DNA of 29,263 nucleotides from a virus (taxonomy: Duplodnaviria; Caudoviricetes), in the IMG/VR virus record IMGVR_UViG_3300036399_001828, positions 1 to 29,263 of that record; one strand, 5' to 3'. The position numbers and the translations under genes are program-made. Positions 7,868 through 18,188 of the stretch are shown one piece after another. The notes beneath the pieces are model-generated. The model was given only the letters and a program-made list of their open reading frames with translations. It was not told the DNA's origin and made no database searches. Position 1 is the first letter of the stretch; each line of letters begins with the position of its first letter.

Positions 7868-9877
7868 TTATGAAATCATTGCTAGTTGACTTTTCAATTC
7901 TGCATATTTGCTTTCTAAATCTTTTTCAATTTGTGCTATTCGGATTTTAAGTTCCTGATCTGAATATTTACTAGTACGAACTCCTTCGCCATTTGGTAAT
8001 GAATCGCTTTCCGCAGGTTCATTCCAATCAGTTTTATTAATTGATATTCCATTGTTTTCGCAATTACTAAATTTATTGATTACTGAATTTTCCGTTTTGG
8101 AATTTTGAACAGGCAAACTCAACACAGGCTTAGTCCAGTTGTTGCGAGAACCCACTGCACGCACGGCATCGTGTGGAGACGCAGTTCCACTACCCCCGAC
8201 ACTACCTGCCGCTACATTCAATTCTCCGGCGTTCTGGAATAGTTTTAGCGGAAGATTTTTGAAGTAATGATAATGCGGATCAACTTGTGCAAAATTTTCG
8301 GAACGATAAGAATAAACATCATAAGTTTTTTCCACACCCGTAGTTTCATCTTTTATATTAACAAATCCAATTTTTGCACCCGGTAAAAGAGTTGCATATG
8401 TTGGACTTTTCGGAAAATCTTCTACACAATCTTCTGGTCGAACATTTGCTCTAATTCCATTTTTTCCCGGTTTTTTAGGAGCAATAAAAGTAGGAGGAAT
8501 TTGTTCTCCCCATGTAAAATCTGATTCAGTGATTTGATATTCACAAGGAGCAGTTATATGATGAGTTGTTAATTCGCCTTCAACATGCAATCCTCCACGA
8601 ACAATTGCATTTAATCCAATATTTAAATTGCCATCAATTAATACTTGTTGTTCTTCTTCAGTATTTCCACCTGATTCTAAACTTCTGGATAATTTTTTTG
8701 GACGAATAGAAATTATATCTCCAGAGATATCCACTCGTTCTCCTTCCAAACCAAGTTCTCCTCTGGAACCAATATTAATTTGTTCACCTGTTAAGTTAAC
8801 AATAGAACCAAATAAATTCAAAGGTCCAGTAGTTTTAAAATCAATACCATTAGAACCAACTGTTGCTTTCCATCCGTCATTCACATTTAGTTCATAACTA
8901 CCACCGGGCAATTTCTCAACATCTACGTGTTCTATGAGTGAAGAATCCCGATATTGTGTATATATAGTTGTTCCTAATGGATCAATTTTAATGCCGCAAG
9001 GCACTAATTTACCATGAGGATCTTTACGAAAACTTTCAAAATCGTTAAACACTAAACCGATATTTTCTATAAAATTTTTAGCAATATTTTTAATAGAAGT
9101 TCCTCCATTCGGGCATTTATTTTGTCCTAATTGTTTTTCATATTCTACAATTTTTTTCTGAACTTCTTCTCGTTTTTTGGTAATATCCTGTTTACCACTT
9201 TCAGTTTCCCAAACTCCGTCCTGACTTGATGGACTAACCAGTTTTCCCCAACATGTCATACAACGATTACCACTTCCTTTTACATTTTTATAAACATCTT
9301 TGTTATCAGTTATTTGAATAATTTTTTTACGAGGAATTACGTTTTCTTCAAGTGTAACATTTGTAGTTGAACTTGTTTGAATTATTTTTGATGTGGTGGA
9401 ATCACTTGGACAAGAAGCAGGGTTTCCTGATTTTGTTTGACCCGGAGCTTGATCAATGGAATTTTTAGAATCTACCCGTTTTACTTCAAATAACCTTTTT
9501 TTATCATGCAATTCTTTTTGAGCATTTTTGATTTGAGTCATTGGTTCTTTCCATTTGTTTGCATCTCCAGTTGTTTCTATACTATCCCCTAAAACAACTT
9601 TTTGTTCCCCTTCATCAATGGTAATTGTATTGCTGCCATTTATATTAGTTAATGAATTTCCTTGAACATGTTCCCGATGATCTCTTGTTGTTAATCTTTC
9701 TGTTCCAAATTTATCAAGTTTGTGATATGACCCATTTTTATGTGTTATTGCTATACTTTCAGAATCCTTTGTATTTATAAATTCTATATTTCCTGAAGGT
9801 TGATTGATAACAACTTTATCTTTGAAAATTTCTTCATTTTCAGAACTGTCATTATTATATTTTCCGGGATAGTGCAT
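7868..9877 (-). CDS. gp5-like baseplate spike, C-terminal (beta-helix) part
   Basis: YPG...KVVINQPSGNIEFINTKDSESIAITHKNGSY matches the gp5 region preceding the beta-helix (T4 ESGHIQEFDDTPGQERYRLVHPTG), followed by VQGN/INGS/VLGD-type repeats. Confidence 0.7.
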   Translation of the reverse strand: MHYPGKYNNDSSENEEIFKDKVVINQPSGNIEFINTKDSESIAITHKNGSYHKLDKFGTERLTTRDHREHVQGNSLTNINGSNTITIDEGEQKVVLGDSIETTGDANKWKEPMTQIKNAQKELHDKKRLFEVKRVDSKNSIDQAPGQTKSGNPASCPSDSTTSKIIQTSSTTNVTLEENVIPRKKIIQITDNKDVYKNVKGSGNRCMTCWGKLVSPSSQDGVWETESGKQDITKKREEVQKKIVEYEKQLGQNKCPNGGTSIKNIAKNFIENIGLVFNDFESFRKDPHGKLVPCGIKIDPLGTTIYTQYRDSSLIEHVDVEKLPGGSYELNVNDGWKATVGSNGIDFKTTGPLNLFGSIVNLTGEQINIGSRGELGLEGERVDISGDIISIRPKKLSRSLESGGNTEEEQQVLIDGNLNIGLNAIVRGGLHVEGELTTHHITAPCEYQITESDFTWGEQIPPTFIAPKKPGKNGIRANVRPEDCVEDFPKSPTYATLLPGAKIGFVNIKDETTGVEKTYDVYSYRSENFAQVDPHYHYFKNLPLKLFQNAGELNVAAGSVGGSGTASPHDAVRAVGSRNNWTKPVLSLPVQNSKTENSVINKFSNCENNGISINKTDWNEPAESDSLPNGEGVRTSKYSDQELKIRIAQIEKDLESKYAELKSQLAMIS

Positions 9878-9913
9878 ATTGATATTTAATGTGCAGTATT
9901 GGATTCTATCAAC

Positions 9914-9997
9914 TTAAACATTTCCATCTTCTACAATTATATATCTTCCATCTTGTGTTATTAAGAAAGTTCCTAATTCTGTAGTAAGTCTATTCAT
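9914..9997 (-). CDS. unannotated 27-aa peptide MNRLTTELGTFLITQDGRYIIVEDGNV
   Basis: Fills the gap between the gp5 halves; three 8-aa hydrophobic-x-x-(E/Q)-(D/L)-G repeats; TAAGTG 6 nt before the ATG; in frame with the upstream gene. Confidence 0.55.
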   Translation of the reverse strand: MNRLTTELGTFLITQDGRYIIVEDGNV

Positions 9998-10006
9998 TGA
10001 TACCAC

Positions 10007-11776
10007 TTATGGAGTTAACATATTTCCTTCGGTTTCATATGGAATAAACGGTTTCGGAGAAGTTCTCATTTCTAAAGGCAATTCTTCTTCGTATGGGTTT
10101 TCTTCTATATTATCTAAACTATAACTATCATCCATTTCCGGAATTGGAGGATTTGGTGTTTCAGAAATCACTTCAGGACTTGCAACTAGAGGACTTGTAA
10201 CAGGTTCATCAGTTGATGTTAATATATCTCCCGGTTCTGCGGTTGTGGTAGAATTAAGCGGAGGAGTTGTTACTTCTGGACCAGAAGATTCTTCACTAGT
10301 TTTAACATTATAAACTGTTTTGAAATCATTTTGTGATGCAAATGTTCCAATAATAACTGGATAATTACTATCGCCATTATTAAAAACAACCCAAACATGT
10401 GATCCTACTCCCGGAATAGATAAAATTCCTTTCCAATTATTATTATAATCTGCTGCTCTCATTGGCCCCCGATATGATTGACCTATATTACCAATTATAT
10501 TGCAACCTTTAACATTATTTGGATCATTAAGTGGAGAACGACCAGTATTAATATTATATCTTGATTCGTTGTTTGCTCCTCCAATGTGAGCATCCATTCT
10601 CATATATAAAGGTAATAATTGGGAAATTACATTAGCAAAAATTTCTGCACCGCCGCCACCTCTAGAAATCATTTTTTGTCCGTTTGGTCGAGGAGCACGC
10701 GGCATAATAATTTTAGATTTTTTACTCAACAATGGTTTTAATGCATTTATTTTGTTATAATCGAACCGATTATTATTATGAAATATAGTAATCGAATTAA
10801 TTCGGGTTTTATCAACAACTACTTTAAGATTTCCATCTTTATAAATTACTTCATTGTCATTTGATGATTGTAATTGAAAATTATTCTTTAAACTTTTTTT
10901 ACCATTAATAGTTAAACCGACAGGCAATTCGGAATAAGAATTTGCAGGAATTCCTGTTGATGATACATATAATATTGGTGCCTCATAACCAAGAGTCGAA
11001 CTTGGTAAAGAAGGAGTGTAAAAACAGTTTGTATTGTATACTGGACTATCTTTTGGAATAGGGACATCGTTTAGGTAAACAGTTGGATCAGTAACATCCA
11101 AATCAATCGCTAATACTGAATAATTTATATCATCACTATTTTTATTTTTTTGAGTGGATGGTAATGGATAAGTTTCTTTATCCAAAACAGTCGTTTTGTT
11201 CTTATAAACTTTTGGTAATTGAGAAATTATATTATCTAATTGAGTGTTAGTTTTTTTCCAAAAATTGTTAACATCACCATTATTGTCAGTATCACATTTT
11301 CTCGGAATGCAATATTTTGCTCCTATTTGTGGAAAATTAAAATTTATAGAAGACCGTGGAGAAATTCCATAGTTTGGATTTTGAATTCCAATGTTTATTC
11401 TTAATGATGCTTGAATTGAGTCTAATTGAAATGCATCAGTTGTTTTATTATTTTGAAAAAGATAGTCTGAATCATTTCCAATATAATAAAAATCTGTTGA
11501 TGCACGATAATAACCCGGTGCGCTCATTCCGAAAACTGGCATCATTACTTCTGCCCAAAACAATTTTTCTTTTTGATTGTTTATAATTTCAGGTGTTAAA
11601 CTACTATTTGTATTTTGACCTAACACTTTGAAGATTTTATCTTCTTCGTTTTGTTGATTCCAGTTTTTTGTTTGATGAAGATTTATACCGGGCACGAAAA
11701 CTTTAACCCTACCTGACTGATTAGGATCATTATTCTGTATTACAATTCCGCGATATTTTCCTTCAAATTTAATCAT
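10007..11776 (-). CDS. gp5/VgrG-type OB-fold baseplate spike, N-terminal part, with a large insertion
   Basis: YRGIVIQNNDPNQSGRVKVFVPG, WAEVMMP and IPGVGSHVWVVFNNGDSNYPVIIG are gp5 OB-domain motifs. Confidence 0.85.
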   Translation of the reverse strand: MIKFEGKYRGIVIQNNDPNQSGRVKVFVPGINLHQTKNWNQQNEEDKIFKVLGQNTNSSLTPEIINNQKEKLFWAEVMMPVFGMSAPGYYRASTDFYYIGNDSDYLFQNNKTTDAFQLDSIQASLRINIGIQNPNYGISPRSSINFNFPQIGAKYCIPRKCDTDNNGDVNNFWKKTNTQLDNIISQLPKVYKNKTTVLDKETYPLPSTQKNKNSDDINYSVLAIDLDVTDPTVYLNDVPIPKDSPVYNTNCFYTPSLPSSTLGYEAPILYVSSTGIPANSYSELPVGLTINGKKSLKNNFQLQSSNDNEVIYKDGNLKVVVDKTRINSITIFHNNNRFDYNKINALKPLLSKKSKIIMPRAPRPNGQKMISRGGGGAEIFANVISQLLPLYMRMDAHIGGANNESRYNINTGRSPLNDPNNVKGCNIIGNIGQSYRGPMRAADYNNNWKGILSIPGVGSHVWVVFNNGDSNYPVIIGTFASQNDFKTVYNVKTSEESSGPEVTTPPLNSTTTAEPGDILTSTDEPVTSPLVASPEVISETPNPPIPEMDDSYSLDNIEENPYEEELPLEMRTSPKPFIPYETEGNMLTP

Positions 11777-11791
11777 AATTATATTTAGATT

Positions 11792-12832
11792 TTAATTAGT
11801 CTCGTTTTTATATTCTATTTTCGTTCCCAAAATAGAATCATTAGTAGGATCAGTTAAATCATTGCTTTTCTCATTATCATGCATTGGTCTACCTGATTGA
11901 TCCACAATATATGTTACCGCTTCTCCATTCGGACCTTCATTCATAGATATTTCGAATCCTTCTACACTATAACGATTCAATTCCTTTAAACATAAAAATT
12001 TATTAATTAATCGAATAACATCACCTGCAATACTCAATACTGCTGCTAAACATGGTGCCATTGCTGCGATATTTCTTGCAGCATTAAAAACATCCATAGT
12101 GAAATTATGACCATGAGCAATTGGAGTTTCTTTAGAATATTCTGGATGTAAAAATGACATGTTATTCTGTTTTGCCATTGATCTTAAAAACAATGCATTT
12201 GTAAGATTATTAGCATTATCCATTAAATTAAAAATATCTTCTGCCATTTTTAAATAAGTGTTTAAATTCATTCGACTATTTGTGTTTAAACATCCGACTC
12301 CTCCTTGTAAGGGCCACATCATTGGATCTATAGAACTTTGATTCATAACAATGCTGGCAAATAAACCTATATCTTCGCTAATTTGTTGAAAATATGGGAA
12401 AGAACCAATATTCATTTGAAGATACATATTAATAGAAGGATGTAATTTTTGTGCTCTATTCAAAAATTCTCGTAATAGAGGAGCGGGCATAATTGCACAA
12501 GTTAATGGAGAATGCTTGCCTACCGCAGATTCCACAACTCTATTCACCGCATTAACTGCATCCAATGCTTGTGATGCAGTTTGAACAGCTTGTTGTGCCA
12601 TTGGCGATGATTTTAATGCAGATGCAACAAATGATGTAAAATCAGTTAATTCTACAGAACCACCTGACCAAGGACCGTGAAACTCTGCAATTAATTGTAT
12701 TGTTCGATCCAATGGATTTTCAGAGGTTTCCATTGCACAGTATAATTCATCAATTTCTGTACCATTTTTGCGTTTTCCGTGGGGGCTGGATCTTAATGAT
12801 TTTTGAAAATCTTCCGTAACAATTTGAGGCAT
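11792..12832 (-). CDS. hypothetical protein in the baseplate module
   Basis: 346-aa Met/Ala-rich helical ORF with TAAATA-N6-ATG. Confidence 0.75.
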   Translation of the reverse strand: MPQIVTEDFQKSLRSSPHGKRKNGTEIDELYCAMETSENPLDRTIQLIAEFHGPWSGGSVELTDFTSFVASALKSSPMAQQAVQTASQALDAVNAVNRVVESAVGKHSPLTCAIMPAPLLREFLNRAQKLHPSINMYLQMNIGSFPYFQQISEDIGLFASIVMNQSSIDPMMWPLQGGVGCLNTNSRMNLNTYLKMAEDIFNLMDNANNLTNALFLRSMAKQNNMSFLHPEYSKETPIAHGHNFTMDVFNAARNIAAMAPCLAAVLSIAGDVIRLINKFLCLKELNRYSVEGFEISMNEGPNGEAVTYIVDQSGRPMHDNEKSNDLTDPTNDSILGTKIEYKNETN

Positions 12833-12872
12833 ATTAGTTATTTATTTAACAATAAATTTCTAGGAGAAATTA

Positions 12873-14825
12873 TTATGTCAAAGGACCAACATCTTCTGGA
12901 AGATTTGGAGTCAAATCATCAAATATACTTCCATCAGAATTTCCCGGCGTACTTGGCAAATCTGTTTCAGGACCAAATGTTGCAGGAGGAATATATTCAG
13001 AAGTATCTTCGGGGATTCCATTTATTTCATTTGTATTTGGGAATAAATCACCACTAGGAGGTTCAACTTCATTAACATTTCCTGAATCATCTATTTCTAA
13101 TGGATCAGAAGATGGATTCCATGGTTTCCATCCATCAGAACTATTAGTTGATTCATTTGATGGTGAAACATTTCTTATTGGTGGCTGAGAAGAATCATCT
13201 TTGTTTGGATTAACTTGTGTTTCCGTTCGTTTATTTTGTACAGGATTTATAATTGAAACATCACTACTAACAAAAGAACTATTTTCTTCGTATGTATGAG
13301 TTTTAACTCCTATAATTCTTGTCATATAAGAATTTTTTGCATTGTTGAAATGATGTACTACGTTGGTTAAGAAATACTGACCCTCTAATTTATTGTCATA
13401 TTCTTCTGAATTTTCGCTTTGTTTCGAAACACCAAAAAATCTTCCGGGTTGACGATGAGTGGACCCTTCTACATCAAATGAAATTGCTAAATTTGAAAAT
13501 AAATAATATTTCAGCAAGCGATTACGTCCATCTGCTAAACGAGACATTTCATCTGTTCGTAAAGAAACAACAGTTTTAGTATTTTTACCTTCTTTAATAA
13601 ATGGGGTTAATGGCAAACGATCCGAACTATTTTTTGTTAAAATATTTGGACGAATCGTATCATTAAAAAACTTTTTATATTCTTCTGCACGATGCTTTTG
13701 ACCTTCATCCATAAATTGCCCATTTGAGTAATTATAGAAAACTACTCTGTAATCTGTTAAGTTCATTGAATAGTCTAGTCCACTAATATCCATTAATTGA
13801 TAGCCACGAATTGTATTCGCATTATCTGCTTTGATTTCACCATTCAAATCAATTTTTGTAGAATCTAATGGAGCTTTTTGAATAGGAAAGACATTTTTAT
13901 CATCTGATCCGCTATATATGAAAAAGTGTTCATTTTGATATTCTCCGGGAGTTTTAACTTCTTTGCCAGCCTTTTGGAAATATTTTTTAATAGATTTTAG
14001 AGAAAACTGTTTTGGCAACATGCTTTTTTCTGCTCGTTCTAATTTAAAAATACAAGGTTGATAATTATCGTTAGCGGATGCTAATGTATAGTTTAGTAGA
14101 TAGTTTAAATTATCTAAAAATTTCGCTCCAACAGGTGATGAAAAATATATTTTTGTTTTTTCATCACCAGTTTCCCATTCATTCGGATTGGATGTTAAAT
14201 CCGAATGAATTTTAAAGTCTTCATCACTTGTTAATAATGCAGCAACACTTTCAACCGTTGCTAAACTTTTTGAACTATTACTTGATTGAGTGTTATTCTT
14301 TCCTGTATTGCTTCCGGTATTTGCAGTAGAATATTCGGAATCTTTTTCCAGCATCATTTGATAAGTTTTGTCCCAGAAATAAAGTTTTTTAATTTTTCTG
14401 TCAACTCCTTCATTTGGTAAATCTTCTACATCATATATAACTCCTTCTAACTCCATTCTCCAAATTTTATCACGAAATTGCCAATTACTATTGTTTTCTA
14501 AACCTTGTAATTGTGTAGGATTTGTAGGTTTAATAGTTATGAAAATAGTATCACGGCAATCATTACGAAATTTGTAAATCAAATTACTCTTGTTCATTCC
14601 TGTTGCTTTTACTGCATCATTACTTGCTCTTTCAAATGTTTCATAATCGCTTTTTACAAGAATGCTTCCTTTTATCTTCCAATCGAAAATATCCTCTTCT
14701 AAAAATAAATCTTCCCATGCCACACTATTCAAAATTACATCATTAACACCATTATAAATTCTTATCAAAAATTCATAATCCTGTTTGTTAAAATTAAAAG
14801 TTTTATTCGAAGATTCTAGTGACAT
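12873..14825 (-). CDS. gp27/GpD-like baseplate hub protein
   Basis: C-terminal hub motif ISFDVEGSTHRQPG...GQYFLTNVVHHF...YMTRI; lies between gp53 and gp5; ATG overlaps the upstream TGA (TGATG). Confidence 0.7.
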   Translation of the reverse strand: MSLESSNKTFNFNKQDYEFLIRIYNGVNDVILNSVAWEDLFLEEDIFDWKIKGSILVKSDYETFERASNDAVKATGMNKSNLIYKFRNDCRDTIFITIKPTNPTQLQGLENNSNWQFRDKIWRMELEGVIYDVEDLPNEGVDRKIKKLYFWDKTYQMMLEKDSEYSTANTGSNTGKNNTQSSNSSKSLATVESVAALLTSDEDFKIHSDLTSNPNEWETGDEKTKIYFSSPVGAKFLDNLNYLLNYTLASANDNYQPCIFKLERAEKSMLPKQFSLKSIKKYFQKAGKEVKTPGEYQNEHFFIYSGSDDKNVFPIQKAPLDSTKIDLNGEIKADNANTIRGYQLMDISGLDYSMNLTDYRVVFYNYSNGQFMDEGQKHRAEEYKKFFNDTIRPNILTKNSSDRLPLTPFIKEGKNTKTVVSLRTDEMSRLADGRNRLLKYYLFSNLAISFDVEGSTHRQPGRFFGVSKQSENSEEYDNKLEGQYFLTNVVHHFNNAKNSYMTRIIGVKTHTYEENSSFVSSDVSIINPVQNKRTETQVNPNKDDSSQPPIRNVSPSNESTNSSDGWKPWNPSSDPLEIDDSGNVNEVEPPSGDLFPNTNEINGIPEDTSEYIPPATFGPETDLPSTPGNSDGSIFDDLTPNLPEDVGPLT

Positions 14826-15148
14826 CAAGGATTATTTATCTGATTTAATATTTCAGTAACTGCTGCATTTTTTAGAATTTTTATTTGTTGACCTGCTTTT
14901 ACTGAAAAAGGATTGTCTATATTATTTGCAACAAGAATAATCCACCAAAGTTTAGGAGTTCCGTAATATTTTTTTGATAATGCATAAAACGATGTAAATG
15001 ATTCTATATAATCATATTGATATAATTGAGGATCAATGTCACCACTAATATTAATAGAATTCATCAAATTGAAAAATTGTGTGCCATCCTTTTCTTCATA
15101 AATATTGAAGATTTTGGCATAATCATAAAAGTCTACCGTATTAGTCAT
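14825..15148 (-). CDS. 53: gp53-like baseplate wedge protein (LysM-like)
   Basis: ALSKKYYGTPKLWWIILVANNIDNPF...GQQIKI. Confidence 0.85.
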   Translation of the reverse strand: MTNTVDFYDYAKIFNIYEEKDGTQFFNLMNSINISGDIDPQLYQYDYIESFTSFYALSKKYYGTPKLWWIILVANNIDNPFSVKAGQQIKILKNAAVTEILNQINNP

Positions 15149-15152
15149 AATT

Positions 15153-16253
15153 TTAAAAATTGTTTAAATTCACATTCGGGAATGGATCTTCTTCTGGTGT
15201 AGTATTTGGTTGAGAATTATTACCAAATGTTCTAACATTATTAATCAATTCGTTTGCCTGATTTAAAAATGGACTTAAATCACTGATTCCTTCGACTACA
15301 CTTCCACTCTCAACCGCCAGCATAATATTTCTTGTTGGTAGTAATAATGATTGAAATGATAAACTTATTCGATATGCTTCCGGAATTAAAACTTCTTTAT
15401 TATCAATATACATTACGCGGGTATTTCCTAAATTGGTAATACTTAAATCATTTACATAACAAACTGGAAGATTAACTATTCCGGGAATGCTTAATGAATA
15501 AATTACTGGAGGGTCCATAATCGCAAAATTTCTTCTTGACGGAGAATTTTGATAACTTATTAAATGACAAAATCTTCTATTTTGAATAGCTTGATTCAAA
15601 TCTCCAGTGTTGAATAAATCAAATGATGTCGAATATGATTCAGGACTTGTTTCGTTCCATGCTTGAGGATATTCGAATTTTATCTTACCCGGTATTGCTT
15701 GATTAATTAATGAAATTGCGGTATCTGTCCATGCACTTCCTAATCCTAATGTAGAATACATATTTTTGCTACTACTTTTTACTCCACTGGAAAATAACGA
15801 TTTAGGAAAAAAGGCAGTAATATCTTTACTCAATGATAGTAAGCTAGAAAATGGATTTTCGTCTCCGCCAAAAGTGTTTCCTCTTTTTGTATGTGCGGGA
15901 TTAAAATAAGGCAAGCGATATTTAAACCCTGTAGGTTCTCCGAAATATTTCAGTTTATATACCTCTGATGGATCAGCATCTGCATTCCATAAACCAGATG
16001 CACTTCGTCCAGTTTCAAACAATCTTTGTCCCACTCTTGCAAAGTAAATTATAGATGCAATTAATTGACCAGTAGATTGCTGATATTCGGTAAGACTCAT
16101 AAAAGGAACACGATTATTATATTGTTCCCTTGATCCCGGAGGCGTTAATGTCCATGCCATATCACTTACCACATCAATAGTTCCGCTATTAATTGGTACA
16201 TAATATCTGGTATTTTCCTTTTCTTTCAATGTGTAATTGATATTAGTTGGCAT
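15153..16253 (-). CDS. gp48-like baseplate/tail-tube junction protein
   Basis: Tube-fold pattern SYSTSFDL...PPVIYSL...CYVNDLSIT...PEAYRISLSFQSL, adjacent to gp53. Confidence 0.65.
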   Translation of the reverse strand: MPTNINYTLKEKENTRYYVPINSGTIDVVSDMAWTLTPPGSREQYNNRVPFMSLTEYQQSTGQLIASIIYFARVGQRLFETGRSASGLWNADADPSEVYKLKYFGEPTGFKYRLPYFNPAHTKRGNTFGGDENPFSSLLSLSKDITAFFPKSLFSSGVKSSSKNMYSTLGLGSAWTDTAISLINQAIPGKIKFEYPQAWNETSPESYSTSFDLFNTGDLNQAIQNRRFCHLISYQNSPSRRNFAIMDPPVIYSLSIPGIVNLPVCYVNDLSITNLGNTRVMYIDNKEVLIPEAYRISLSFQSLLLPTRNIMLAVESGSVVEGISDLSPFLNQANELINNVRTFGNNSQPNTTPEEDPFPNVNLNNF

Positions 16254-16261
16254 AAAATTAT

Positions 16262-18160
16262 TTAGCGTGAATTATATTCAATAGCCCTTTGTGCTCTTAT
16301 TCGGTATTGAGTAATTGGATCTTGTGTATTAACAATGACAGGACCAGAGGCAGAACCACTGTTTCCAGAATTTGCAGTAGCCAATACTGCATTTGTAATC
16401 TGATTACTTCCTTGCACAGATGCACCTGCAACTGTTATAAATCCTTGTTCCATTAACGAAATCCATTGATCAAATTTCTTATTCAATGTTTCGATTTGTT
16501 CAGATGTTTTTATTAAACTAATTTCATTTACTTCACTAATTGGTTCAACAATTTTAGAAACTGGAGAAACATTTGGCGAAGTAGTTGTAGTTGGGGCAGT
16601 ATGTTGTGTTGGTGGAGCCGGGGTTGGAGTTGGAGAATCACTTGAAAACCATGATGACACAGAACTCTTCATTCTTTCATATAAACTGCGAGTATCATTA
16701 CTATCCGCTTTGAACCAATTAACCGGATTTAAACTTTCTAACAAATCTCCTAACAAATCACGCAAACCGTTCCATATCTTATCTCTTATACCAGATAAGA
16801 AATCCACAATCATTGCACCTTTTGATTTTGATGTTTCTGATGCTTTGTAATCTATGAATGCATTTAATAAATCTATTCCAATTGATATAACCGTTCCAAT
16901 TCCCGGAACAAAATTTGCTAATCCAGAACCTACGCTTAAAAAGCCTCCAATATAATCACCTTGTTGAAAACGATCATATGCATCCTTGAAACTAATGAAT
17001 GAACCAATGATTGGTATTCTTTTCATTAATTGTTTACCAATGGTTTTGAATAATGTTCCTGACAATAGTTTACCAACTGGAGCAAGAACTTTTCCAAAAG
17101 TGCCTCCTTTTGATGCAATTTTTGTTATAAACCCATTTATCATTTCTCCAAATTTCTCCACATGTCCCCCGATAAATTTAAACGACCTATACATCAAATT
17201 TTCTATTTTACCAAAAACTCCGAATGAGAAAAAGTTTAACAACCCTTTTCCTATTTTAGAAACTCCATAATAAATTGCCTTGGTTAAAAGAACTGCCACT
17301 CCTTGGAATTGTGGTCCTAACATTCCCTTCAAACCGAAAAAATTAAAAGTAGATTTGAAAAATTCTATTGTTAAATTGCCTAATGCTTTTGCACCTGTTA
17401 CAACATAATCTAACAAGGTGTCAAAAAGTGGAGGCATTTTTTCCTTTAGCCAATTCCATGCAGCATCCAAATAAGGTTTTGCGATTTTCGCAAATTTTGA
17501 AAATCCTTCCTTGAAATACTCTTTCATTTTTAATCCTTGGGGAGTTTCTAAAAATTTAGCAATAAAACCCGCCCCTGCCAATAGTGCAACACCACCAAAT
17601 ATAGTTTTAAAAATAGAACCTAATATGCTACCTTCTTCTTTTTCTCGATTGATATTATTAACTATAGTTGTATTTTTCTCGGGGGAATCTTCTTTTATTC
17701 GTTTTGATAAAATTTTTAATGCACTATTTGAAAATGATTGCACATTTACATCTAAGGTAACTTTTTCTTTAACTGCTTTTTCTTTTCCAAGATTTTGTGA
17801 AGTTAAATTCTGACTAGCTTTGTCTATTATGGTTCCAAAATTTTGTAATTTTTGCGTTATTTCGCCAAATCCAGAAAAATCTAAAGATTTTTGATCTGGT
17901 AATTTTATATTTTTCAATTTAGCAGCAAAACTCTGAAGTCCTCTAGACATTTTATCAATATGTTTACTGTTTTGGGACATATTTTTATTCATATCCAGAA
18001 TATTATTTCTCAATTCTGTTAAAGCAGTACCATTAACATTAAACGGAGAATCGTCTGATTCAAAAACTTCAGCGATTTTATCGGCAAGGTAAGATTTGCC
18101 TTTTCCTGTCTTAGCTAAATATTGTTCTATTGCTAAAATTATGTCTGCTATATCTGCCAT
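16262..18160 (-). CDS. probable tape-measure / gp29-like tail length determinant
   Basis: Helical protein with Gly/hydrophobic segments KRIPIIGSFISF..AYDRF..GDYIGG...FVPGIGT. Start at the second ATG fits TAAATA-N6. Confidence 0.65.
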   Translation of the reverse strand: MADIADIILAIEQYLAKTGKGKSYLADKIAEVFESDDSPFNVNGTALTELRNNILDMNKNMSQNSKHIDKMSRGLQSFAAKLKNIKLPDQKSLDFSGFGEITQKLQNFGTIIDKASQNLTSQNLGKEKAVKEKVTLDVNVQSFSNSALKILSKRIKEDSPEKNTTIVNNINREKEEGSILGSIFKTIFGGVALLAGAGFIAKFLETPQGLKMKEYFKEGFSKFAKIAKPYLDAAWNWLKEKMPPLFDTLLDYVVTGAKALGNLTIEFFKSTFNFFGLKGMLGPQFQGVAVLLTKAIYYGVSKIGKGLLNFFSFGVFGKIENLMYRSFKFIGGHVEKFGEMINGFITKIASKGGTFGKVLAPVGKLLSGTLFKTIGKQLMKRIPIIGSFISFKDAYDRFQQGDYIGGFLSVGSGLANFVPGIGTVISIGIDLLNAFIDYKASETSKSKGAMIVDFLSGIRDKIWNGLRDLLGDLLESLNPVNWFKADSNDTRSLYERMKSSVSSWFSSDSPTPTPAPPTQHTAPTTTTSPNVSPVSKIVEPISEVNEISLIKTSEQIETLNKKFDQWISLMEQGFITVAGASVQGSNQITNAVLATANSGNSGSASGPVIVNTQDPITQYRIRAQRAIEYNSR

Positions 18161-18188
18161 CATATCTATTTATTGTAAGTAATGTATT

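Noticed and set aside
9878-10006. Group I intron joining the two gp5 halves
   Set aside because: The gap is only about 130 nt, shows no recognisable P7/core elements, and the downstream gene has its own promoter motif.
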